Positions 10,572 through 56,228 of a DNA stretch of 64,000 nt are shown here, in pieces. Made by a program: the position numbers and the translations under genes. Positions within the stretch are counted from its first letter, which is position 1. Each line of letters starts with the position of its first letter. Origin of the DNA: Felis catus (Eukaryota); assembly GCF_018350175.1 (NCBI RefSeq), contig NC_058372.1, positions 29,264,001 through 29,328,000 on the forward strand. Direction: 5' to 3'. The notes under the pieces are model-generated. The model was not told the origin of the DNA, made no database searches, and worked only from the letters and a program-made list of their open reading frames with translations.

Positions 10572-12396
10572 NNNNNNNNNNNNNNNNNNNNNNNNNNNNN
10601 NNNNNNNNNNNNNNNNNNNNNNNNNNNNNNNNNNNNNNNNNNNNNNNNNNNNNNNNNNNNNNNNNNNNNNNNNNNNNNNNNNNNNNNNNNNNNNNNNNNN
10701 NNNNNNNNNNNNNNNNNNNNNNNNNNNNNNNNNNNNNNNNNNTGTATTCCCACCCACCAAAACGTATCAAGTTAAAATGTTAATCACTTTTTTCCTCTTA
10801 AATAACCTGCGCAACCTGCAACAATTAAAAACATTCTTTACCTCCCCATTATCTTGTATGTACTGGCACTAAGATTATATTTTTGTACTGAATTAAGTGT
10901 CTTGCAATCTTTATTCCTAGATTGCCACCTATTTTAACCACACAAATATATCCCAAGCAAATTACATTAAAATTGAGAGGATTTAACAATCATTTAAAGT
11001 CATAGCCAGNNNNNNNNNNNNNNNNNNNNNNNNNNNNNNNNNNNNNNNNNNNNNNNNNNNNNNNNNNNNNNNNNNNNNNNNNNNNNNNNNNNNNNNNNNN
11101 NNNNNNNNNNNNNNNNNNNNNNNNNNNNNNNNNNNNNNNNNNNNNNNNNNNNNNNNNNNNNNNNNNNNNNNNNNNNNNNNNNNNNNNNNGAAGTTAACCA
11201 TTCCTCCTTATAAAAAGCAAACACTTATGGCTTTGGCAGTCTGGAAATTGGCTGGATTACCAAGGGTTAACCATCAAAATCCTCACTTGCTGGCCCTCCC
11301 TCCACCCTTTCCTTGCCTGCAGCAGGGCAGGAAGGTAGGTGGCAGGGGAGAGAGAACAAGACTGTTTAGACCAAAGGCCCTTTTTTAATGGAGATTAAGT
11401 GACCGGCTTGGTCCTTCTCCAGTTCTCTATTTTNNNNNNNNNNNNNNNNNNNNNNNNNNNNNNNNNNNNNNNNNNNNNNNNNNNNNNNNNNNNNNNNNNN
11501 NNNNNNNNNNNNNNNNNNNNNNNNNNNNNNNNNNNNNNNNNNNNNNNNNNNNNNNNNNNNNNNNNNNNNNNNNNNNNNNNNNNNNNNNNTTTGGAGAAAA
11601 AAAATAAAACAACCAACCAAGACCCAAAACTCAATTATTTGGGGGGCCTCATTGGATCAAAAAGTCTCTTAAAAAAACGAAGGCCAACTCAGTATTCATT
11701 TTCCCCCCACCCAACTCCATTTAGGGAGGGGGGATCGTAGAAAAAAAGTTCTGAGTGGATTCAAAAAAGTAAACGCTGGATAAGTGAATTTGGGTGGGTT
11801 TGGGAAGGGTGGGTGGTTGATTATTTTTGAAGTTATGTGGTGACGGTCCTTCGGCCACAGATNNNNNNNNNNNNNNNNNNNNNNNNNNNNNNNNNNNNNN
11901 NNNNNNNNNNNNNNNNNNNNNNNNNNNNNNNNNNNNNNNNNNNNNNNNNNNNNNNNNNNNNNNNNNNNNNNNNNNNNNNNNNNNNNNNNNNNNNNNNNNN
12001 NNNNNNNNNNNNNNNNNNNNNNNNNNNNNNNNNNNNNNNNNNNNNNNNNNNNNNNNNNNNNNNNNNNNNNNNNNNNNNNNNNNNNNNNNNNNNNNNNNNN
12101 NNNCTTTAAACACCCAAAATACCAGATCTGTTGTCTCCAATCACATCCAGGTCCCATCCCGAACACAGCCGCCTTTTATAAGCCATGATCCTCCACAGAA
12201 CCCATCTCTAACCCCCTCCTCAGTCCGACGAAATCAACAAAACTTAACCCTCCAACNNNNNNNNNNNNNNNNNNNNNNNNNNNNNNNNNNNNNNNNNNNN
12301 NNNNNNNNNNNNNNNNNNNNNNNNNNNNNNNNNNNNNNNNNNNNNNNNNNNNNNNNNNNNNNNNNNNNNNNNNNNNNNNNNNNNNNNNNNNNNNNN
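10572..12396. other. Cluster of five assembly gaps (10572-10742, 11010-11189, 11434-11589, 11863-12103, 12257-12396)
   Basis: N-runs separated by 150-270-nt contigs. Confidence 0.99.
11590..11862 (-). other. PPP1R10: Visible part of a probable PPP1R10 5'UTR exon (both ends fall in N-gaps)
   Basis: Reverse complement resembles my recollection of the mammalian PPP1R10 mRNA leader. It lies between the promoter (~12.6 kb) and the ATG exon acceptor at 5335-5336. Boundaries cannot be seen. Confidence 0.55.
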
Positions 12397-12920
12397 GGCA
12401 TGAATTCATTGGCCAACCCGAAAGACAACTCGCTAGCTGATTGGCTATCCTTCCTTCACCTTCGCTCAGCCCCTTCCTCCCCCGGGACCTTCTTCCGCCT
12501 CCTTCCTGGGCACCCCCGCCCCCAGGCAAGCGCGTGACCGCAGAGCCTAGCACCTCCCTTTCCTCTGCTTCCACCACTTCCGTCCTCCAGAACTTTTCTC
12601 ACCCTGGTTGGTAGAACCGGGCCGGCGCGTGCGCATTGAGAAGACGTTGGTCGAAATCCCCTTCAAAATTGTTTAAAACGCAAGCCCTTAGTATGAGATC
12701 TAAGAATCGTAATGACTGGTTTAGGAAAAACGCAATTTTGAGGCCAAATTCAATTGTGACGCAGTTGAAATTGGCTTCTCCCCATAGCCCCCCCTTTTAC
12801 GCTTCCGTCCTGACGCAAGTGCGGGGCCGCCTCCCGCACTGCGGACTAGCCCTTGGCCCTACCATAGTCAGTTTCTTGGAGCATGCGCAGTCGTCTTTCG
12901 TGCCTTGGGCGTACGTCAAG

Positions 12921-18555
<5,635 letters not shown>

Positions 18556-18819
18556 GAGCTGTATCCTGGGAAGGGATTAGAAGAGATAGTGCCTAAAAAT
18601 TGCATAACGGGATTTGACTCTGGAGACTTGTGTCTGTTTGTGGCCAGTGGCAGGCCCAGGGCCCGAGAAAAGAAATGATTGTGTTGTTGAAGGGAAAAAA
18701 TACATTTGAGGCTTAGGGAGGGCAGGACAGATGTGTATGGGAAACCCCAACCCCTATATATTGTAAATAGGCTAAACATTCTGTTACTGCTTCAGACTTC
18801 TGCTAACTCAACTTTCCAC

Positions 18820-18825
18820 AATAAA
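18820..18825 (+). terminator. MRPS18B polyadenylation signal AATAAA
   Basis: AATAAA 265 nt after the stop codon, followed by a U/GU-rich stretch. Confidence 0.75.
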
Positions 18826-19138
18826 GCTATATCTCTGTTTATGGTCTGAGTTTCAGATTAATGCCATTTGTGTGGGGGAAATGGGTGCTGCTGTGGGGAG
18901 GGGAGGGGTGAAGCTTGCGCCAGACCAGCCAGTGACCCTTGGAACCAGGAGCCACCAGAAATGAGCAGTTGGGCCGTTAGGTCATGATCACCTTTCTGGC
19001 CTCCTGTGCCCAACTCTGTGTTAGTGTTCCCACCATACCAGCTGTTTGGCGGGGTGGTATGTTAAAGGGTTGGAGAATGGGTCTTTAGGCTAGGAAAAAT
19101 GCATTGCTATGGCCCTAGCTATGTGGGATGTGGAGTAG

Positions 19139-33609
<14,471 letters not shown>

Positions 33610-33776
33610 CGGAAACCCTTTCTCACACCTTCAAAGTCAGCATAATTTCTCACTACAGGAGGTAGCCAAACAAAGCCCGCCCTCATAATGGAAATATTTA
33701 TTCATTAATTCTTTCATTCATTCAACAGCTTTTCTTACCAGTGCCAAGTCATTTGTATTTTATTTTTAACCAGAGC

Positions 33777-33782
33777 AATAAA
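33777..33782 (+). terminator. Polyadenylation signal for the long ATAT1 isoform
   Basis: AATAAA about 170 nt after TGA 33609, followed by a U-rich tract. Confidence 0.75.
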
Positions 33783-33849
33783 AGTTTATTTTTATCACGA
33801 GAGCTACTAAAAAACTTGACTGTCGTTATTTCAGTCCCACCCCTCGATC

Positions 33850-34900
33850 TTTGTTGCACCTGGTTCAGGCCTATCATCGCCCAGCCTTTTGCGTAAGCGC
33901 CGCACGTGAGGCAGCTGTGTTCCCCTGGACGCTAGTTCACTGCGCAGGCGCTCTGAGGCAGCCTCAAGAACAGGCGAGCGCAGGCGCACTTAGTGCAGAC
34001 AAAGTCACCGCTTCCCTGGAATCCGCTGCAGTGCGCAAGCGCGCAACATCTCCGTTTCCCTCCCTTCAGCCCCTTAACCGCCCCCCCCCACCTCCTTTCC
34101 CCTTCAAGAAACCGGCTCCAGGGCGCGCTCACCCCTGTGAGGAAGCCGGATACGGGAGGCGCTGTCTCCGCTCCCGGAAGATCATGTACCAGCCCAGCCG
34201 GGGGGCGGCCCGGCGTCTCGGCCCCTGCCTCCGTACCTACCAGGCTCGCCCCCAGGTGAGAGTAAAGGGGAAACCCGGGAGAGGAGGGGGCGGGGTGAGA
34301 CCCTCTTCAGAGCCGGCGCGTAGGGCGGAGCGCGCGCCCCGTCCGCGCAGGCGCAGTGGCGTCCTACCGCCCCTTTTCACCTGGGCTGGGCGGTGCATGG
34401 AGGGGCGAGGGGTCGAGCGGATTGGAGGGTTGTGTCGCCATCGGTGGCGTACACGGGATGTTGGTTCTCCCGGGTCTGGGTTGTGCAGGTTGGATTGAAG
34501 CTGGGACGGCGGGGCGAGGCCGCATTTCGTCCCAGCTTCTGCGGTTACCTGTGCCTGGAGGTGATTTGAAGGGCAGTGGGTGGAGAGGTTCGCAGCCCGG
34601 CCGCGGAGCTGCCCCGGGAGTTTCCAAGTCCCGACCGGACAGACCTACGGGCCGCGCTTTGCAGCTCGCGCATCTTCCACCCGGATAGCGGTCCTGGCAG
34701 AAAGGCCGGCCCGGCTGGACCGGACTCGGGCCCCCGCTCCAGGGTGGGCAAGATGGCCACGCCCCCGGCGGAGACGGTGCCTCAGGGACACCTTTGGGGA
34801 CAGAGGTACCTGCACGGCCCGCCAGCCTTTCCGGTAGTGAGACACCCCACCTCCCCCCCACCCCCCGCCCGGGGGTGTTCCTTGAGAGCGGAGAGACTTG
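33850..34900 (+). promoter_or_regulatory. C6orf136 CpG-island promoter
   Basis: CpG-dense. Repeated NRF1-like GCGCAGGCGC (~33942, ~33978, ~34345) and ETS CCGGAAG at 34174-34180 next to the ATG. Confidence 0.8.
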
Positions 34901-37625
34901 GGCTAGGCCTATGAGTGGCCTCCCACTCATCGCACTTTAAGCGTAGGTAAACCAGAGGAATGAAGCCCTCTGGTTTCATTAACCTTCGTTAAAGGTCTGG
35001 AGACCTTTATCGGTCTCCTGGGCTTGTTTCTGTTATTAAGGGGGGCCCGAAATGATAGTAGCTTACATCTACATAGTACTTTATAGGTCGCAGAGTTTTA
35101 TTTACATTTATTAGGTCATATAGTCCTCATTATAACTCTGTGGCTTCATCGTCCTCGTTTATAAGAGGACATTTATAAGAGATAGGCATATGTAATGAGA
35201 ATGCCTAAGGTGTCACAATGTAATCGGAGCTCAGAGAAATGTCTCCTACTTCCAGTTGGATGTTTTTCTGTTACACACTGCTTGGTGGAGTTCCCTTACA
35301 GGCTACGTTATTTCATCCACAGTAAGCGAAAATCTGTTACTCGTTCTTTTTCCAAAAAATATATTATGATTCTTCCTGTAAGAGAGGTGGAATTGCCCCC
35401 AAACAGTGTTAGGATCTTAAGTGTACTGTTTTGGGGGAAGTAGTACCTGTGTCACAGGAAACTCTTTCTCCTGTTTTCAGTAGAGATGAATTCATCCCAT
35501 TTTCCTCTAATAATTTTCTCTCTCCTGTCAGGAGGAGCAGGATTGGAAACATATTAATGAACAGAGTTTAGATGCGGGGGTATCAGGCAGCTAGATTCTT
35601 ACCTTTTTTCCTTTTATTCTTCCTCCTTAGGACCAGCTTTCTCCACGGGCTCTACCATTTCCTCCACTTTGGCCCCACTCCACAACAACCACTTCTCCAT
35701 CTTCTATTCTCTGGTCTCCCCCACTCCCACCCCCTCCTATCTGGTTGCTTCCCCGAGCTCCCCCCCTCCCTCTCCCTCAGATCCAGGCCCTCAGCTCACC
35801 ATGGGTGGTTCTCCCTCCAGGAAAGGGAGAGGAGGGACCAGGACCTGAGATGCATAGCGGCTGCTTGGATGGGCTTAGGAGCCTATTTGAGGGACCTCCC
35901 TGCCCCTATCCTGGGGCTTTGATACCTTTCCAAGCCCCTGGGACCTCTTGCCCTTGCCCTGCCACTCCATCAGGAGATCCGAGTATGGAGGAGCACCTGG
36001 CTATCATGTATGAGAGACTGAGACACGAGGTAAGTCAGCTTGAAAGTGGGCTTCACCCACAGTGAGAAGGGATGTAGGCAATACTTGGAAATAGAGGATT
36101 TTCTTGAAATCACGAGGCAGGCAAATATATGAATTATGTTATTTCCCAAGGAAGAGATGTTCTTCAGTTTTGATTTAAGGGAAGTTAGACATGGAATGAG
36201 ATTTCCTTTCAGAGGGGAGTAAAGAGGCACCAAAAAGAGAAAACTGAGAAATAGGATAATTTCTTTCCTACTGGACTGATGCCTTCTTCTTCCACCTAGC
36301 TTCCCAATCTCTTCCTTCACTCCCACGACTATACTCTCTACTCATCGGATGTGGAATTCATCAATGAGATCCTGAACATACGCACCAAGTGAGAATCCAG
36401 GCACGGGTAGGGCCTTGGGAAAGAAAACCACCCAATGCTTTATACTTGACCTTTTTCACTTACCAGAGAAGGTCCTGCTACTTCTCACAACTGTTTCCCA
36501 TTCCCCAGAGGCCAGTGAGGTTTTTCTCATTATGCCATCATAAGATAGCTTTCCCATCCCTTCTTCACAGGGGCCTAACATGGTACATTCTGTCACTGAC
36601 CCTCTGCCGCTTCCTGGCCTGGAACTATTTTGCACAACTTCGGTTGGAGGTTCTACAGCTGACCCGCCACCCAGAGAATTGGACCCTGCAAGCCCGCTGG
36701 CGGCTTGTGGGGCTGCCCATCCACATGCTTTTCCTGCGTTTCTACAAGCGTGACAAGGAAGAGCTTTACCAGTAAGAGAAAAGATCCAGTCAGTTTCCTA
36801 ATCCTACTTTAGGACTCTGATGGTCTAGTCTTCCAGACAATCCTTAATCTACTCTGACTTGACTGCAAGCTTTTTCTTGAGGGCAGGGATTTTGTTTTAG
36901 TCTACTTTAATATACAGAAATATACAGAAATACAGAGTGTGAGGAAACCTCTAAACTCGGGTTTCTTCATGTACATTGTGTGGTACATAGTAGGCATTCA
37001 AATATTTATTGAACAAATGAAAATTCCTGTGTAATAAGTTGAGCCTCGCAACCCTAGGTAGAGTATTTGGTAAGTTTCTGGCAGAGAGTAGAATCTCAAG
37101 AAATTGTTAGGCTCAGCCCAAACCAGTGGTCCTCAAAGTTTGCTGCATGGTGGAATCATCTAAGGATCTTTAAAAAATATTGGTGCCAGACATTCTGATT
37201 TAAGTGGGACAGGGTACAGCCTCGGCAATCAGGACTTTTCAGAGTTCTCCAGGTGATCTAGTGTGTAGCAAAATTTAGCAACTACTGGTTTAGACAAATG
37301 CTTGAATTAAACTTTGCGATCAGTCACCTCCCTCAGTAAGCCTTTCTTTCTCCCTTCACCAGGACCTATGATGCCTATTCCACCTTCTTCCTGAATTCCA
37401 ATGGCCTCATTTGTCGCCATCGCCTAGACAAAGTGAGTCCTTTAGACTGGATGGGGATGGGGTGAAGGGATAGAACATCCCACCAGCTGGCATTAACCTT
37501 TGTTCCTGCAGCTGATGCCTTCACACTCACCCCCAACACCTGTGAAGAAACTGCTAGTGGGAGCCCTGGTGGCTCTAGGACTGTCAGAGCCAGAACCCAA
37601 CTTACACCTGTGTTCTAAGACCTGA
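34184..37625 (+). CDS. C6orf136: C6orf136 homologue (uncharacterised, DUF2358-type as recalled), 314 aa
   Basis: Exons 34184-34255 (MYQPSRGAARRLGPCLRTYQARPQ), 35631-36029, 36300-36388, 36571-36771, 37363-37432, 37512-37625 (945 nt, TGA). All GT-AG and in frame. Confidence 0.96.
37122..37290. mobile_element. MER5-like DNA transposon remnant
   Basis: Terminal inverted ends aaaccagtgg...ctactggttt; body resembles the recalled MER5A consensus. Confidence 0.7.
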
Positions 37626-37787
37626 TCCAGGAACTGGGTGGAGGCAGCACTGAATACTTTGCTACATACGCACAAGTGGTGGAGGTGAAGGTGGCCTAGA
37701 ATCTCTGGGAGTCAGCTTCCTCCTCTTTTCTCTCCTTTTTTGCCATCTCATGCCATGTAAAGCTGCTGTGTAATTTAATTTGTAAAT

Positions 37788-37793
37788 AATAAA
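37788..37793 (+). terminator. C6orf136 polyadenylation signal
   Basis: AATAAA about 160 nt after the stop codon. Confidence 0.75.
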
Positions 37794-37856
37794 GTCTAAG
37801 TAAATACATGAGAATTTCCACGTCACTTTCTCTGCATCTCAAAAGTTCCTACAAGC

Positions 37857-37879
37857 TTTATTCCAAAAATACTTTTATT
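37857..37879 (-). terminator. DHX16 polyadenylation signals (two AATAAA)
   Basis: TTTATT on the plus strand at 37857-37862 and 37874-37879, 68-90 nt beyond the DHX16 TAA. Confidence 0.75.
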
Positions 37880-37946
37880 AATAGATATTAAACAATACTA
37901 CAGAAAGAAAAGGAGCTGGCGTTGGGTTGTTTGTGTTCCCTTCTCT

Positions 37947-53400
<15,454 letters not shown>

Positions 53401-53615
53401 CGGTCTGTGGATGCCTCTCTCACTTATTCATTCAACAAATGCTGTGTGCTAAGCACAATTTTAGTTGCTGGGGATATGGCAAAGAACTAATCAGAAAAAA
53501 TCCCTTACCGAAGGGAGGGTCGAAGACAAGATACATAATAAAACATGTAAGTCCTATGGTTAAAAATATGTCAAAAAATAATACAAGGTTTGTGTGTTGT
53601 GGGGGGAGATTCTCT

Positions 53616-53831
53616 TTCTTTTTTTTTTTTTAACGTTTATTTATTTTTGAGACAGAGAGAGACAGAGCATGAACGGGGGAGGGTCAGAGAGAGGGAGACA
53701 CAGAATCCGAAACAGGTTCCAGACTCCGAGCTGTCAGCACAGAGCCTGATGCGGGGCTTGAACTCACGGACTGTGAGATCATGACCTGAGCCAAAGTCGG
53801 CCGCTCAACCGACTGAGCCACCCAGGCGCCC
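53616..53831 (-). mobile_element. Can-SINE upstream of DHX16
   Basis: CpG-rich copy; 11-bp TSD ggagattctct at 53605-53615 and 53833-53843. Confidence 0.92.
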
Positions 53832-55349
53832 TGGAGATTCTCTCTCAAATGGAAGGTCAGGTCCATGCTGATGAAAGATTAGCCCATGCTGTTTAGGAGT
53901 TACCTTTGTTAGCACTGTACCTGCAGCAGGAATGAATACAGGTTAGGAATAAGCAAGGACCTCCAAGCTGGAAGAAACAGGATTTGGGAAAAAACCAAAG
54001 GTTCCCTCTTTTCTTTGTGCTGTCTTAAAGTTATTTTTAAAAGGCTCCAAACTAAGGAATGTGTAAACTGTGTTCTACATTTTCGCTAACCGCTTGAATT
54101 CTCTGGTGGCACTTAATCAAAAAATAAGCAGAACTTGTTATCTTGCTCTCTGCTTATCTGACGTCGGTTTGACCCTGTTTCATACTTTTATGACTAACTG
54201 GACTGATCAGACACTACTGTTGGGAAATGAAATAATCCAAAAGCCACAGGTAGCTCCTTAGCATTGACTTCTTAGATGCATTGTTTTCGGTTTCTGAGAT
54301 GGACTTTGGGCACCACAGGCATATCAGAGCTTCCTGCCCTGCTTTCCTGGGTTACAACAGATTAGGATCTTTACTTAATTAGCTACTAATGTAAGCATTG
54401 TTTCCCTCTATACTCACACCCTCTCTAAATTGGCTCATTGTTCTAACACCTTGCTTGTTCCTTTGCTAGTAAATTGAAGACTTTTGGTACGTGTTTAAGA
54501 TCACTTTGTCTTATTTTGTATTTAGTAAAAGGGAGTCTCCTCTGACTAGGCTGAGAAAACTCCTGTAATAGTAGGACTATAACTACTCAAACTAGTCTTT
54601 ACTACCTTAGCAAACTAGAAAGAAAAAAAAAAAAGACTTGATAAGCAAACTACATGTATAGATCTTCCACATTTATAGAAGATAGAAATTCTTTGAAATG
54701 CCAACATTCAGTGTACTTGGGCAACAAACCCATGAATTATCAATGGCTCTTAAACCTTTAGGTATAAAACCGATTGTCTAGCGGACTCTTTTTCAGAAAA
54801 CTGCACTTCTGTACATACACTATATTTTGCAGCAATTTTAGTCTTGTTATATATGGTCCCAAGTCTTGAAGTAAATGCCCCTGGACTAGCCAGTGTTATA
54901 CACTAGCTGGCTGCTTCTAGCAGGCTTCTAAATACTGAAATTCTTCAATTCCAATATTTTAGCTATTTTCATCTATTCCTATATTTGTTCAGTCATTCAA
55001 TCTAGTAATAGTTTTGTGAGGCCTGGGCTACTTCATTAAACCCAACTGACATCGTTTGCCCTTGTGGCACTTCCAGTTTAGTGGATTCTTCCTGCCCTTC
55101 CTCAAACCAGTCCTTTTCCTGCTAGTCCTTCGAGAAACAGATACAGGGCTCTTACAGAGCCCTTTCTTCATGTCAGTATTGAGTTCCTGTTTCACTTCCA
55201 TCATTTTTCCCTCCTGCAGCCATAGCCACTACCTCTTCAAGGCCAATAGGAAGATGGGAGAGGCTTGGTATGAGAAACACAGAACCTCCCACACACATAC
55301 TTTTTTTCTAAAGAAGGAAAAGCAGCAGGAGAGTTGGAGAGATCTCCAT

Positions 55350-55355
55350 TTTATT
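55350..55355 (-). terminator. PPP1R18 polyadenylation signal
   Basis: TTTATT on the plus strand about 870 nt past the stop codon, followed on the minus strand by a U-rich tract. Confidence 0.65.
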
Positions 55356-56228
55356 ATGGAAAACTTCAAAACAAACAAACAAACAACAAAAAAAAAACCA
55401 AACAGGCAGTTGATAAGGAAGGAGAAATGGGAGAGAAGAGTTGAGGTGCATTGTCACTCCACACCCTTGCAATTCAATTGTGAACCACTAGGAGGAACAG
55501 AATTAAATAACTAAATGGGGGTACAAGGTTAGGGTTAGGATTCCCAGACTTTCCTCTTGGGGAAAACAGAGGTACAGACTGAGCAAAAGTGGAAGAAGCC
55601 ACACCCCCAATGAGGCAGCTGCCAGGCACAGGGGAGAGGATTCCACATAGACTCAACATGTAGGTGTGGTTGTAAACCTGGGACTTTGGCAGGTAGGGCT
55701 GGGAGCTAGTGGGGTTTGTAAACCAGGCTGGTGGTCAAGGGAGGTGGCAGGAGCTGTAAACAAAGGGGCAGTGACCTAAGGAACAGGAAGGAGAGGGGCC
55801 TGTAAATAGAATGGGGGCAGGCTGCCCAGGATGAGTGTTTAAACTGTAAGAGCCCTCAAGGGGTGGTGGGGAGTAAAGGAAGGCTGGAGAGTGTACTCTG
55901 TCCATGGAGATGTAAGAGGTGCTTCATCTCCCTCCCCCAACCCCTCACCCCCATGAGCTCTGTGCTCCTCCCCAGGACTTGATGCTCACTCTTGAATCAC
56001 CCAGGGTGCACCAGCATGTCTGATGCACTCACATCAGAGACCTTTGGTGAATGTGGAAACTGGGTAACTACTCTGCCCCTATAAACAGGATGAGGAAAGC
56101 AAGTTGGAAGATGTCAGTTGCCTTCCCTTCCAAGCTCATGTTCAGGGTTTCTCTGTTCTCAATCTTCTGGGCTCCAGGATCTTCAGTTCTGGGAAAGGGG
56201 AAGGTATAGACCCTATGTTGGAAGAGGG

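Noticed and set aside
10356-12577. Long ORFs containing X runs
   Set aside because: Artefacts of translating through N-gaps.
33851-34183. 111 open codons in frame upstream of the C6orf136 ATG
   Set aside because: No ATG in the stretch, and it spans the promoter. Stop codons are rare in CpG islands, so an open frame is expected.
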